57,374 nt of DNA from a virus (taxonomy: Duplodnaviria > Caudoviricetes), in the IMG/VR virus record IMGVR_UViG_3300006805_000034, positions 1-57,374 of that record. The stretch is one strand, 5' to 3'. The position numbers and the translations under genes were made by a program. The notes beneath the pieces were generated by a model. It saw only the letters and a program-made list of their open reading frames with translations, had not been told where the DNA came from and ran no database searches. Shown in pieces: positions 1 through 9,461 of this stretch; position 1 is the first letter of the stretch, and the number at the start of each line of letters is the position of its first letter.

Positions 1-827
1 AGCTGCGGGGCTGGGGCTGGGTCTCTGCCTACCTGGTGCACCACTACGCGAACAAGCATTCCCTGAAGCGGGCTCAGAACTGCTGGGCGGCGGTGCGGGT
101 GTTTTTGGACTTCCGGCAGATCGTGGACCCGGCCCAGGTGACGCACGCGCATGGCCATGACTACGTGAGCTTTCGCACTAGTCCGCCGGCGAAGACGCTG
201 CGGAAGCGATCGAAGAACAACGCGCTGACCGAAATTAAAATCTGGGGCGGTATTATGCAGCACGCGGTGCGCTGCGGGATGATCGGCGCGAACCCGCTGT
301 ACCGGCTGGGGATCAAGCGTGACAAGGCGAAGGTGAAACCGGAGATCACACGGGCGGAGCAGGCGCAGATTGAGGCGGCGCTGGCGGATGAACCGGGCTG
401 GATGGCGGACTCCTGGATGGTGGCGATGAAGCAGGGGAGCCGCAGGAGCCAGGCGCAGATCCCGATGAAGGACATCTGCGAGGCGCAGATGATGGTGACG
501 CTGCCGGAGCAGAAGGGCAGGCAGCACTCGATGCCGCTGCATCCGGATCTGCTGCCGCTGGTGAAGCGACGTCGCGAAGAGGGGGCAACCTACCTGGTGG
601 AGTACCCGGCGCAGATCACGGGGGCGTGGAGCAAGTTTTTTGCCAAGATCGGGCTGCCGCACCTGTGCTACCACTGCACGCGCGTGACGGTGATCACGCG
701 CTTGCTGAGGGCGGGCTACACGCCGGCGCTGGTGATGGCATGGGTGGGTCATAGCTCGGAGAGTGTGAACATGATTTATCGAAGGCTGAAGGCACCGGAC
801 GTGGCGCAGCTCGGGGATGTGCTGTGA
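1..827 (+). CDS. int: Tyrosine recombinase/phage integrase, 5' end outside window
   Basis: Catalytic set in order: GSRRSQ (R), EQKG (K), YHCTR (HxxR), VGHSS (H), MIY (Y). Confidence 0.88.
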   Translation, partial: LRGWGWVSAYLVHHYANKHSLKRAQNCWAAVRVFLDFRQIVDPAQVTHAHGHDYVSFRTSPPAKTLRKRSKNNALTEIKIWGGIMQHAVRCGMIGANPLYRLGIKRDKAKVKPEITRAEQAQIEAALADEPGWMADSWMVAMKQGSRRSQAQIPMKDICEAQMMVTLPEQKGRQHSMPLHPDLLPLVKRRREEGATYLVEYPAQITGAWSKFFAKIGLPHLCYHCTRVTVITRLLRAGYTPALVMAWVGHSSESVNMIYRRLKAPDVAQLGDVL

Positions 828-831
828 GGGC

Positions 832-1059
832 TCAATCATAGAAACCTTGGACCAGTAGGTAAACGGCGAGTAAAATGCCAGCGCATGCGCTTGTAATGAA
901 GGCTAACGAGGTGGGAAGTTTCCACCAATAGCTGGAGCTATCTGCGTTCCAACCAATGGGAAGGACAACGTTCCAAAAATAGGAAAAGAGGAAGGGGCTG
1001 CTAATGATGAGAAGGAGTCCGCCGAGAATGGAGAAAAGTCTGATGAGGGGGGGAAACAT
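832..1059 (-). CDS. Small two-TM membrane protein
   Basis: ATG 1059 (MFPPLIRLFSILGG); two hydrophobic helices; visibly more AT-rich than neighbours. Confidence 0.6.
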   Translation of the reverse strand: MFPPLIRLFSILGGLLLIISSPFLFSYFWNVVLPIGWNADSSSYWWKLPTSLAFITSACAGILLAVYLLVQGFYD

Positions 1060-1204
1060 GGGGCATGGGTGTGCTGTGAGAGGGAAGAGTGGGAACCGGA
1101 AGCTGGTAAAAGATGGGCGGTAAAAGATGGGATCACCGCGCTTGAGAAATGCTGAAGGTATGGGCCATGATGGTAAAATGATGAAGGGTAAAATGATGGG
1201 ATGA

Positions 1205-1435
1205 TTACTGGGCGCGGGGCAGGGCGGGCTTTTGGACGGTGCGTTTGGAGGAAGAGAAAGAGGGGTTGGCTTTGAGCCAGGCGAGGGCGTCGGTGATGGT
1301 GGCGCGATTGCCGGGCATGGGAAAGCCGCAGTGGCGCATGGCGGTGATGAAGCCTTTGCTGACATGCAGGGCCGCGCCGAGCTGGCCGCAATTCAGGAGG
1401 GTGACGGCGGGGTCGATGGTGGGAGCGTGGGACAT
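1205..1435 (-). CDS. Excisionase-like small winged-HTH protein
   Basis: LLNCGQLGAALHVSKGFITAMR...ALAWLK pattern typical of Xis/AlpA-like proteins; near the integrase. Confidence 0.55.
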   Translation of the reverse strand: MSHAPTIDPAVTLLNCGQLGAALHVSKGFITAMRHCGFPMPGNRATITDALAWLKANPSFSSSKRTVQKPALPRAQ

Positions 1436-1499
1436 GGAGCGAAGGACGGTTTGGTTTTTGGCAAGGGAATGAAGGAGCAAGGGAATGGGCGGAATTAGA

Positions 1500-1877
1500 T
1501 CAGAGTCCGACAAGAAAGCGGGGCGGGGTGGACAAAGGGGCGCTGGGGCGATGCCAGAGGTGGAGGCAGCCGCTGTGATTGTTCACGTACTGGGACTGCG
1601 GCGGATGGAACTGCACCACGCACTGATCAGGGTCCCAGAACAGGTCTTTGACCCGGCACATCTCCGGCCACGAAGGGCATTTGCTGGGGCTGTCTGGCAG
1701 GCTGACGCTGACGTGCTCCCAGCCCTCTGTCATGGGCTCTTCTGCGCCCGAGGCAATGATGGCCAGTCGGCGGCCTTCAGCCTGGCGGCCGGGAATGAGG
1801 AAGGCACCAAAGGGAGAGCCGCTGGGCGCGCGGGGTAAGCCGGGTGGATGGTGACGAAATTCTTCGGGAAATTTCAT
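1500..1877 (-). CDS. Conserved phage hypothetical protein
   Basis: MKFPEEF start; WEHVSVS...CPSWPEMCRVKDLFW...QFHPP..YVNNH..CLHLW is a motif set I recognise from many phage hypotheticals. Confidence 0.75.
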   Translation of the reverse strand: MKFPEEFRHHPPGLPRAPSGSPFGAFLIPGRQAEGRRLAIIASGAEEPMTEGWEHVSVSLPDSPSKCPSWPEMCRVKDLFWDPDQCVVQFHPPQSQYVNNHSGCLHLWHRPSAPLSTPPRFLVGL

Positions 1878-1972
1878 GGGTGGTAAAGAAGGAGGTGGAG
1901 GTGGTAGCTGATCCAGGCGGAACCAAGGACGAGAAGGGACAGGCAGAGGATTTCGCCGGCGGTGAATTTCAT
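1874..1972 (-). CDS. 32-aa single-TM peptide
   Basis: MKFTAGEILCLSLLVLGSAW; ATGA-type overlaps with both neighbours. Confidence 0.45.
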   Translation of the reverse strand: MKFTAGEILCLSLLVLGSAWISYHLHLLLYHP

Positions 1973-2375
1973 GGCTGAGTGGGAGGAAAGGCGTGGTGCT
2001 CGACGCCATCGAGCAGGTGGCCGGCGCGGGCGGTGCCGAGGCGGAGCATGAGGGTGTCGTCGGGGTGCTTGTGGCCTTTGTAGGACTTGGCGAGACTGCC
2101 CTCCGCCCCGTGTTTGAGGTTGTCCACGCTGATCCACTCGCCCCACTGCTTGATTGCCAGGATGCCTTGTTTTCAGCGGCGAGTTTTTCGCGCAGGACGG
2201 TGTAGGTGCAGCCGGTTGGGAATGTGGTGCTAAACCATCTTTTGCCTTCTGAGCAGGCGTTTTTATCTGCCAAGAACGCGGCGGTGATGGGGAGTTCCCG
2301 CAGGTGTTCGGGAATGACGGCGGTGAGGCCGGGCTGGCAGTGGATGGTGGGTGGCGTGGTGGTATTTGTGTTCAT
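1969..2375 (-). pseudogene. Phage hypothetical gene with a frame break near 2160-2175
   Basis: The N-part (..DKNACSEGKRWF..ENKASW) and the C-part (GILAIKQWGEW..PTQP*) look protein-like in different frames. Confidence 0.4.
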
Positions 2376-2399
2376 CGGGGAGATGGGGGGATGGGATGA

Positions 2400-2621
2400 T
2401 TATCGGGCGTAGAAGTCGTGTTCGAGGTGGTGGTGAATGAAGCGGGGAGCGCTGAAACGGGCGCTGGCGTGGGGGCAGTAGCGGTAACGGGAGTCATCGG
2501 TGTCGCCGTGGAATTCGAGGCAGTCGCAAGGAATGTTCCAGGGCTCGCCATCGAAGGGCCCGCCGAGCAGCACGACGACCTGCGTGGCGTTGAACGGGGG
2601 CTGGGCGTGGAGGTCGTTCAT
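2400..2621 (-). CDS. Hypothetical protein
   Basis: LLGGPFDG motif common in small phage proteins; operon context. Confidence 0.55.
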   Translation of the reverse strand: MNDLHAQPPFNATQVVVLLGGPFDGEPWNIPCDCLEFHGDTDDSRYRYCPHASARFSAPRFIHHHLEHDFYAR

Positions 2622-2785
2622 GGCGGCGGATGAAGGGATGAGGATTGGCCGCAAAAAGGCGCAAAAATTCGGAAGCAGAACCGCTTATAAGCGGTGAGGA
2701 AGGGCAAGGTTTGGGACCAGAACCGGAGTCTGTTTTTTGTGAGTTTTTGCGTGTTTTGCGGCCATGAATGGGATGAGTCTTGGGA

Positions 2786-3040
2786 TCAGGCGGTGAGGTA
2801 CCAGCCATAGAGGGCGGCCCAGAAGAGGAGGGTGGAGAGGAAGAGTCTGCGCATGCCGCGGGCGGCTTCTTGGGCATCGGCCAACTGGGCGAGGCGGGCG
2901 GCTTCGGGGGTGGGGTCCTGTGCGGCGCTCTCCGGCGGTGAGATACGGGCAGGGCTGAGGCTGCTGCGCAGGCTGGGGAGGGAGCGGCGGAGATCGATCA
3001 TGCGGGTGTCGGCGGGCGGCAGGTAGGCGATGGTCTTCAT
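2786..3040 (-). CDS. Hypothetical protein with C-terminal TM
   Basis: ORF ending LFLSTLLFWAALYGWYLTA; start overlaps the upstream stop. Confidence 0.5.
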   Translation of the reverse strand: MKTIAYLPPADTRMIDLRRSLPSLRSSLSPARISPPESAAQDPTPEAARLAQLADAQEAARGMRRLFLSTLLFWAALYGWYLTA

Positions 3041-3282
3041 GGGATGGTGGGGCGGTGGGATCGAGGACGAGTGGGATGGCCGCTGCGCGGCGAGAGGGTG
3101 GCGTGGAGGAGGATGTGGTCCTGGGCTTTGGCGGCGGCGGCTTCGAGGGTGGCGCGGGGGCTGCGGCCGGTGGGGACGGTGACGGTGATGAAACGCGGGG
3201 CGCGGATCTTGACGCGAACGCGAGTGGTGGTGGGTGATCTCATGGGACGAAGGACGGTTTTAATTTTCGCAAGGGAATGCAC
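3037..3282 (-). CDS. Hypothetical protein
   Basis: Tight operon packing; start could instead be 3243. Confidence 0.4.
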   Translation of the reverse strand: MHSLAKIKTVLRPMRSPTTTRVRVKIRAPRFITVTVPTGRSPRATLEAAAAKAQDHILLHATLSPRSGHPTRPRSHRPTIP

Positions 3283-3285
3283 GGA

Positions 3286-3495
3286 TCAGAGGTCGAGCTG
3301 GCGGGCTTCGTCGAGGGTGGGCACGTTGAGGCGGTCGAGGAGGTTGCTGATGTGCTGGTGGATGGATTGATAGCTGATGCCCAATGCGGCGGCGGCTTGC
3401 TTGCGGGTGAGATTGGTGTTTTTGAAGAGGGAGAGGACTTCCTGCTGGCGCTTGGTGAGCGGGAGGCGGGCGGCGCGGCGGATGGGGAGTTGCAT
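3286..3495 (-). CDS. LuxR/GerE-type HTH regulator
   Basis: LTKRQQEVL...RKQAAAALGISYQSIHQHISNLLDRLNV. Confidence 0.8.
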   Translation of the reverse strand: MQLPIRRAARLPLTKRQQEVLSLFKNTNLTRKQAAAALGISYQSIHQHISNLLDRLNVPTLDEARQLDL

Positions 3496-3564
3496 GGGAA
3501 GAGGGGAAGGGGAATGACGAAAGGCCGGAGGAAGGCAAAAAGATGGGCGGTAAAAAATGGGGAA

Positions 3565-3804
3565 TTAAGCGGCGGAGGCTTTGTAAAGATCCAAGAGGTA
3601 ACCTGGTGACAGTCCGGGATTCCGCCCTTCATCGAGCTTGGACTTTTCTTGCGGACCGTAGTGATAGATCAAAGGATCATTGATGTGAGGGCAGCAGCGA
3701 GCGCCTCCGATGTAGAACTTCACGTGGCAGGTTACACATTCGTAGTATCCGTAGGAAACGGTGATTGTGGGATCGAATGCGATGGTGATTGACGGCGTGG
3801 ACAT
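3565..3804 (-). CDS. Hypothetical Cys-rich protein
   Basis: CVTC...CCPH; bounded by family-I repeats. Confidence 0.55.
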   Translation of the reverse strand: MSTPSITIAFDPTITVSYGYYECVTCHVKFYIGGARCCPHINDPLIYHYGPQEKSKLDEGRNPGLSPGYLLDLYKASAA

Positions 3805-3836
3805 GGGGAGTCGGAGGCTGGTAAAAAATGGGATGA

Positions 3837-4085
3837 CTATTGAGGGCCGGAACGGTAGTGGGTGTCCCAGGCGGAGCCGGTGGGGGCTTCGAGGGCGGTG
3901 ATGTGGCCGAGGGTTTCGAGTTCGTAGAGATGCTGCTGCACTTCTTGGGAGGGGAGATTGCAGTGCATGGAGATGTCGTCGGGATCAAAGCCGCCGACGG
4001 AGGAGGCGACGTAGCCGCGCACGAGCTTTTGCAGGGCGGTGAGAACGGCGGCTTGGTCGGTGGTGAGGGAGGTGTTTGTACTCAT
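3837..4085 (-). CDS. Small winged-helix protein
   Basis: ISMHCNLPSQEVQQHLYELETLGHI resembles a wHTH. Confidence 0.55.
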   Translation of the reverse strand: MSTNTSLTTDQAAVLTALQKLVRGYVASSVGGFDPDDISMHCNLPSQEVQQHLYELETLGHITALEAPTGSAWDTHYRSGPQ

Positions 4086-4149
4086 GGGGTGGATGGAGTG
4101 GGAACTGGAGGCTGGTAAAAAATGGGCGGTGAAAAATGCTGGATAGTCT

Positions 4150-4461
4150 TCAAAAGACTTTGTGGGCGAGAAGGTAGTCCACGGCTTGCTGTACGGTGAG
4201 AATCTGCTCGGCGTCGGCGTCGGGGATGCTGATGCCGAACTCGGTTTCGGTGGCCATGATGATTTCGAGGTGATCGAGGGAGTCGGCTCCGAGATGCGGG
4301 GTGGAGACTGATCCGGCAGGCACGGTGCGGGGCATGAAGTGGGCTGCGGGGATGACTTCAGCGGGGTCCACGTGGAGGAGTTCCACGAGAATGGCGGTGA
4401 GCTTGGCGAGGATTTCCGGGCCGGTGAGCTTGGGCAGAGTGTTGTTGGGGGTGTGAGGCAT
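4150..4461 (-). CDS. acpP: Acyl carrier protein
   Basis: [41 protein letters not shown]; intact DSL phosphopantetheine serine. Confidence 0.9.
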   Translation of the reverse strand: MPHTPNNTLPKLTGPEILAKLTAILVELLHVDPAEVIPAAHFMPRTVPAGSVSTPHLGADSLDHLEIIMATETEFGISIPDADAEQILTVQQAVDYLLAHKVF

Positions 4462-4564
4462 GGGAGGGGGAATGGAAGGCAAAAAAATGAAGCGGTGAAA
4501 AATGCCGGAGGGGGAGCGGTTGGAGTGGGAGTTGACTGAGACTCAGTGAGGGGCAGGGTGGGGG

Positions 4565-4915
4565 ATGACTACGGGAAAACTAGGAAACTGGATATTGGGA
4601 GCTTTGGCGGCTGCCGCGTTTGTTTATGTGGGGCTGATGTCCATGTGTGAGCCGGTAAAACCGAGAGTTGAGGCTGGTGAATTGGCCAATGCAAAGTTGA
4701 TGATCATGGCGTTGTGCTATCGGGTGCAGACTGAACATGATGTGAATTTGACCTATGAGGATTACAGGCGGGACGGAGGGGATGAAGATATGATCCGGCT
4801 GGCGCGGCAGATGCTTGAACTCAAAAGGGAAGGTGAGTTTGAGGGCTTCGTGAGGTATGTGGCGGATTCAAACAGAAACAGATGCGGACCTGTGCCCAAA
4901 AAGGTGAGTCAATAA
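4565..4915 (+). CDS. Membrane-anchored hypothetical protein (moron-like)
   Basis: N-terminal hydrophobic segment; opposite strand to flanking genes. Confidence 0.55.
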   Translation: MTTGKLGNWILGALAAAAFVYVGLMSMCEPVKPRVEAGELANAKLMIMALCYRVQTEHDVNLTYEDYRRDGGDEDMIRLARQMLELKREGEFEGFVRYVADSNRNRCGPVPKKVSQ

Positions 4916-4916
4916 A

Positions 4917-5141
4917 TCAAGCGGCGCGCTGAGTGGGGGGGTGAGCGGCTTGCTCGGCCTGCTTGGCACCGACTTCGAGTGCGTGTTCGAAGCTGCTGGT
5001 GACACTGCGCATGCCGGCGTCCTCAACGACGCTGGGCTCGGCGGTGAAGCGGAAGAACTGCTGGAGACTGCGAAACAAGAGTGCAGCCTGAGCTTCGCAG
5101 CCGGTTGGCACAGGGATGGATGGCAGGGTGATGGTGGTCAT
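4917..5141 (-). CDS. Hypothetical protein at the cro-like position
   Basis: First gene divergent from the repressor; no clear HTH seen. Confidence 0.5.
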   Translation of the reverse strand: MTTITLPSIPVPTGCEAQAALLFRSLQQFFRFTAEPSVVEDAGMRSVTSSFEHALEVGAKQAEQAAHPPTQRAA

Positions 5142-5261
5142 GGTGTATTAAGTGTCGTTGAATGACTGACATATGTCACAAAAAGAAATATATTGCAAGT
5201 ATCATGTTGCATTATTTTTCTTTTTGTGTCAGTGTATGACACTTATCCGATTGATTCCATA
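5142..5261. promoter_or_regulatory. Divergent immunity region with operator-like palindromes
   Basis: AT-rich; TGACATATGTCA at 5167-5178; GTGTCA-N5-TGACAC at 5226-5242. Confidence 0.6.
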
Positions 5262-5798
5262 ATGACCCCCTTTTCCAAAAAACTTGATTCTTTATTAGCT
5301 GTCCGTGGGACAGCAGCCAGGCTGGCGGAGTTTTCCGGCGTACCTGCCTCTCATTTGTCCAAGCTGTGCAAGGGGGTACTGCCGACGCCGGAAATGTTGA
5401 ACAAGCTTTTGCCTTTTTTTGAAGCGGCGGATGCGGACGGGCTTGTGGTGGAGTATTTGCTGCTTCACCGCCCAGCAAATGCACGGAATGTGCGTATTTT
5501 GGTGAGTGAAAGTGACCCACTGCAGGACCGCCTGGAAAAAGCGATTGCTTACTTGGACCCGCAAACGAGGGAATCTCTGGCCTGCATTGTCGAAGCAGTG
5601 AATCGTTCTCCTGAAAAGGGATCTGCGGCCATGCGCGGCGTGGGCGGTTTGTTCAATGCCCAAAACACGATGCCGTTGCATCGCAGCCGCATGGAATTGT
5701 TGCCTGCGGTTCTTTCCTCTGAGGACACGAACGCGCCGCCGGTGGCGGAGGTGCGGCAGGAGGTGGTGTATGAGAAGCCTTTACCCAAGAAAAAGTGA
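5262..5798 (+). CDS. CI-like XRE-family HTH repressor
   Basis: TAARLAEFSGVPASHLSKLCKGVLPTPEML HTH; divergent layout; no S24 peptidase motif visible. Confidence 0.7.
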   Translation: MTPFSKKLDSLLAVRGTAARLAEFSGVPASHLSKLCKGVLPTPEMLNKLLPFFEAADADGLVVEYLLLHRPANARNVRILVSESDPLQDRLEKAIAYLDPQTRESLACIVEAVNRSPEKGSAAMRGVGGLFNAQNTMPLHRSRMELLPAVLSSEDTNAPPVAEVRQEVVYEKPLPKKK

Positions 5799-6091
5799 TG
5801 AATGACGCTGCTTTGACTTCTCTTGAACCGGAGCCGGCTAAAGCCGGGACTACACTACTGGGAGCCGGAGTGGCGCTGGAGCCTTGGCTGCGGCTGTGCG
5901 CGGGGAATGGGGAGTTGCTGGCGAATTATGATCGGCTGCGGGGCACGAACCTGGGTGGCCGGGGGACGCCCATTGATCGGATGATTGATGAGGCGACGGG
6001 AAAGCTGGAAGAGGAGGCGCTGGGGTTCTTTGACTGGTGCCGGGAGATGTTTGAGCGGCTGCAGTGGGAGGCGGCGGCGGCGGATGGATAG
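5798..6091 (+). CDS. Hypothetical protein with in-frame REP-A
   Basis: ORF carries EPAKAGTTLL. Confidence 0.6.
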   Translation: MNDAALTSLEPEPAKAGTTLLGAGVALEPWLRLCAGNGELLANYDRLRGTNLGGRGTPIDRMIDEATGKLEEEALGFFDWCREMFERLQWEAAAADG

Positions 6092-6183
6092 TCATCCCAG
6101 ATGGAGGAAGATTTTTGAACCACGGAAGACACGAAAGACACGGAAATTTGAACCACTGACTGGGAACAACTGAACACTGACTT

Positions 6184-7128
6184 ATGAAAACACCCGATTA
6201 CGAACACCTTGCGAGAATTCACCAAAATGCTGCTTCAGCGGCGCACGATGGAGAAACTGCCATTACTCCATGGGAACTCGTGGAGGGTGGGGTGCAGAAA
6301 GCCCGGATTGATGGGATGCAGGCTGCGATTGAGGAGTATGAGCGTCTGCGGATGGAGCAGGCTGCGGAGGGGATGCCGAGTGTGGAGGATTGTGTCAGGC
6401 TGTGGCATGAATGCCCTGGGATCAATGCAGGAGTGGCGGCTGTCCGAGCCCTCATTATTTCTGCGTTTGCGCGAAAGATGGGGGCTGACAACACAGGCAA
6501 CTGGGCTGCTGCGGCAGCCCAAGATTTGACGGCAGCAAAGCAAGAGATTGCTAATCTGACTGCCAGGTTTGAAGCCTGCGACCAAGCCCGGAAGAACGCC
6601 TGTGATGACCGAGATGCCGCCCGGGCGAAGCTGGAAAAAGCGGGACATTTAGCGTGGGGGTGGAGAGCCTTGCACGGGGGTCCGGAGACGAGATCGGTGC
6701 TGAACGGCTGCGCGGATGGACTGGAAAGAATTCTAAAAGCGGGGGCTGCGGTGGAGGAGTCCGAACAGAGGAAGGCAAAAAAATGTTTGGAAACTGCTTT
6801 GCAGGTGGAACGGCAGTTGCGTGAGGTTGCGGAGGGGCGGCTGGCGGAGATTGCGAAGCTGCCGGCGAAGTGGAATAACACGCCATGTGGCAGTGGACTA
6901 GCCGGTCAGATATACCGAGAGCAACTTAGCGAGTGCGCCAAGGAACTTAGGGGCATCATCAATTCAGAACTGGCCGCCGAGGAAGTGAGCCGGGCGGAGT
7001 TTGAGGCGGAATGGAGGGTCTATTGCCCTGGTGATGATTTTACCGTCGATGAAAAAGTCGCTGCCTGGCACATGTGGCAGGCACGCGCCGCCAAGGAGGA
7101 GCGGAAGCCGGAACACGCTGAAGCGTGA
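6184..7128 (+). CDS. Hypothetical coiled-coil protein
   Basis: 314-aa ORF; stop codon lies inside a REP-B copy. Confidence 0.7.
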   Translation: MKTPDYEHLARIHQNAASAAHDGETAITPWELVEGGVQKARIDGMQAAIEEYERLRMEQAAEGMPSVEDCVRLWHECPGINAGVAAVRALIISAFARKMGADNTGNWAAAAAQDLTAAKQEIANLTARFEACDQARKNACDDRDAARAKLEKAGHLAWGWRALHGGPETRSVLNGCADGLERILKAGAAVEESEQRKAKKCLETALQVERQLREVAEGRLAEIAKLPAKWNNTPCGSGLAGQIYREQLSECAKELRGIINSELAAEEVSRAEFEAEWRVYCPGDDFTVDEKVAAWHMWQARAAKEERKPEHAEA

Positions 7129-7182
7129 ACAACGAACGATTAGTCACCCCATTTTTTAACTCAGCATTCCCCGATGATGATT

Positions 7183-8004
7183 ATGAATACGAACACGAAC
7201 ACCAATACACCCAGCAGAACACAGACAGTGACGATGGAGCGGTCCGGCTTGGGCCGAGACCGAGATTTGAGTCAGAGCCAGAGCCGGAACCAGAGCCCGC
7301 TGCAAGGAGGTGATGGGGACGCTCGACCAGAACCGCCTAAAGGCGGGACTGCACTGCTAGGAACCGGAGGACGGAACACGCTCAAGCGTGAACAACGTAC
7401 GGAGGAAGCGGGCAGGAGTGCTCGCGCTCCTCTCATGCAAGGGCGGGGGAGTTTGCAGCCGAAGTGTCCGGTGGGGGTGATGGAGGGTCGGCTGTGTGGC
7501 TGGGTGGACCTGGGGACGCAGCGGGTGCGCTTTGGCAGTGGTGCTGCTGCCGGCGCTGCTGACGCCGGCGCGGGGAAAGGGCTGCGGAAGGTGATGCTGA
7601 CGTTCTGTGTGCGGGGCGCGGCAGGGGAGTCGTGGCGGGTGAGCCGGGAGTTTACGCTGTCCGGCGGGCCGCGCAGTGCGCTGCGGGCGCTGCTGGAGGC
7701 CTGGCGTGGGCAGCCGTATGCGAGTGATGAGGAGGCGTGGCAGGCGGTGCGCAAGCCACTGCGGGTGCTGGAGCGGCAGGGGCTGGTGAGGATCAGCGAA
7801 CGGGCGGGCAAGGACGGTCGGCTGTGGCCGCAGGTGGAGGGGGTGTGGCCGATGCTGAAGGGAGCGCAGGCGCTGCCGCTGCGCTGGCCACCGGTGTATT
7901 TTACGCTGGAGGCACTGTGCCGGGAGACGTTTCAGGGGCTGCTGCCGTGGGTGCAGGCGAAGGTGCGGGCGAGTGAGGAGTGGGGGAGGTTGGCCGCAAA
8001 GTGA
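7183..8004 (+). CDS. Phage replication-associated (NGO0469-like, possibly ssDNA-binding) protein with repeat-derived N-terminus
   Basis: VDLGTQ...KVMLTF...SREFTLS...LRALLEAWRG; roughly the first 85 aa include translated REP A/B/C/D. Confidence 0.6.
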   Translation: MNTNTNTNTPSRTQTVTMERSGLGRDRDLSQSQSRNQSPLQGGDGDARPEPPKGGTALLGTGGRNTLKREQRTEEAGRSARAPLMQGRGSLQPKCPVGVMEGRLCGWVDLGTQRVRFGSGAAAGAADAGAGKGLRKVMLTFCVRGAAGESWRVSREFTLSGGPRSALRALLEAWRGQPYASDEEAWQAVRKPLRVLERQGLVRISERAGKDGRLWPQVEGVWPMLKGAQALPLRWPPVYFTLEALCRETFQGLLPWVQAKVRASEEWGRLAAK

Positions 8005-8129
8005 CGCAAAGAGGCGCAAAAAACCGGAGACTGAAATTGCACCGCAGAGATTGGAAAACCGCAGAGTTCAGAAGGCTGGTAAAAGATGGGCGGTGAAAAA
8101 TGAAGACTGAGAATTGAGAGGATTTTTTT

Positions 8130-8513
8130 ATGTGTGACTGTGAAATGCCTTCGTGCTGCACCGAGACGACGCCTACGGCGCGCAAGCGGCATCGATGCTG
8201 CGAATGCCGGGGATGGATTGAGGCCGGTGAGAGGTACCAGTTGATCACTGGGGTGTGGGACGGGCGAGGTGCCAGCTACAAGAGCTGCCGGCAGTGCGCG
8301 GCGTTGCGAGACCGGGTGAAGAAGCTGACGGGCTGCTGCGTTGGCTTGGGCGGGCTGCGCGAAGAGCTGGGGGATTTCGATGAGCCTGAGGGAAACACCG
8401 AGAAGCAAAGGGAGATTTGGGCGGAGCACAACGCCATCCGCATTCGGCGTGGGGCGGTGATTTCGCCGGCTTACAAGGAAGAGGAGAATGAGCTGCCGGA
8501 AATGATTTTTTAA
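8130..8513 (+). CDS. Zinc-finger hypothetical protein
   Basis: TARKRHRCCECRGWIEAGERY...CRQC. Confidence 0.75.
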   Translation: MCDCEMPSCCTETTPTARKRHRCCECRGWIEAGERYQLITGVWDGRGASYKSCRQCAALRDRVKKLTGCCVGLGGLREELGDFDEPEGNTEKQREIWAEHNAIRIRRGAVISPAYKEEENELPEMIF

Positions 8514-8544
8514 CCACTGACTGGGCACGAGCAGGACGGATCAG

Positions 8545-8710
8545 AACCGGAACCGCCTGAAGGCGGAACTACACTACGAAGAGCCGGAGGCGGACACGCT
8601 TAAGCGTGAACAACTTACGGGGGACCGGAGCCGGTTAAAAACCGGCGCTCCCAGTGGGGAATCCGGACACGCTGCTGCGAAGCCGCGAAGCGAACCGTGA
8701 ACAACATACG
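8545..8710 (-). repeat. Intergenic REP cluster A-B-C-extended B
   Basis: Hairpins at 8553, 8594, 8628, 8667. Confidence 0.85.
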
Positions 8711-9280
8711 TTATCTGAGGTAGCCGAGGCGGCGGAGGAGTTCGAGCTGCTGGACTTCGAGGAGGGCGTTGAAGATTTGGAGCTCTTGCTCTTGCAGTTG
8801 CTGCTGGTAGCGGAGGCGGGCCTGCTCGATGCGGCGGGCGTTGGCGGCGTTGCGGGGGTCGGCGGCTTGATCGGCGGCGATGGCGGCGCGGGCGGCTTGC
8901 TCGCTAGCAAGGTAGGCGGTGTTGGCGCGGGCCTCGGCCTCGACGATCTGGAGGCGCTGGAGGTAGTCGGCACGCTGCTGGGCCTGGGCGGCGGCTGCGG
9001 CGGCTTGTTGCTGGGCAACGCGAGCGCGTTCTTCGGCAAGGGCGGCTTTTTCTTTTGGCGTGGCAACGCCAAGCTTGGCGCGTGAGGCGGCGTCTAGGTT
9101 GGCAACGGGCTCCCACCAACTGGTACTGTAGATGTCAGTGACATAGGCCATGGTGCCGTCGGCGCTGAGTTTGTGAACAAAACCGCGAAAGTGAGCGCCG
9201 TTGATGGCAAAATCATCGGCAGCAGGCAAGTGGGTGAGGCAGATGAGGGAGAGCAGTAGGCAAGTGAAGGAGGCTTTCAT
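8711..9280 (-). CDS. Secreted hypothetical protein
   Basis: Signal peptide MKASFTCLLLSLICLTHLPA; A/Q-rich coiled coil; opposite strand to neighbours. Confidence 0.65.
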   Translation of the reverse strand: MKASFTCLLLSLICLTHLPAADDFAINGAHFRGFVHKLSADGTMAYVTDIYSTSWWEPVANLDAASRAKLGVATPKEKAALAEERARVAQQQAAAAAAQAQQRADYLQRLQIVEAEARANTAYLASEQAARAAIAADQAADPRNAANARRIEQARLRYQQQLQEQELQIFNALLEVQQLELLRRLGYLR

Positions 9281-9358
9281 GGGGGAAGCTTAGGCATGGG
9301 GCGGAAAAGTCAAGGGGAGGACGGAAGCGGTTTTGTAATGGGTGAGTGGGGAGCCGGA

Positions 9359-9444
9359 ACACGCTGCTGCGTGAACAACGTGTCGCCGGAACCGCCTGAA
9401 GCCGGGACTGCAATACTTCCGGAACACGCTGAAGCGTGAACAAC
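9359..9444 (-). repeat. REP cluster B-A-B
   Basis: Copies at 9359, 9392, 9424. Confidence 0.85.
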
Positions 9445-9461
9445 GTACATTGAACAACGTA

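Noticed and set aside
1-1200. att site or tRNA near the integrase
   Set aside because: No tRNA fold or duplicated core seen; prophage boundaries lie outside the window.
1500-2375. Single 291-aa protein
   Set aside because: The middle is S/P/T-rich off-frame text over two other reading frames; better split into separate genes.
8545-9444. Repeat clusters as CRISPR arrays
   Set aside because: Units belong to different families, spacing is irregular, there are no unique constant-length spacers and no cas genes.
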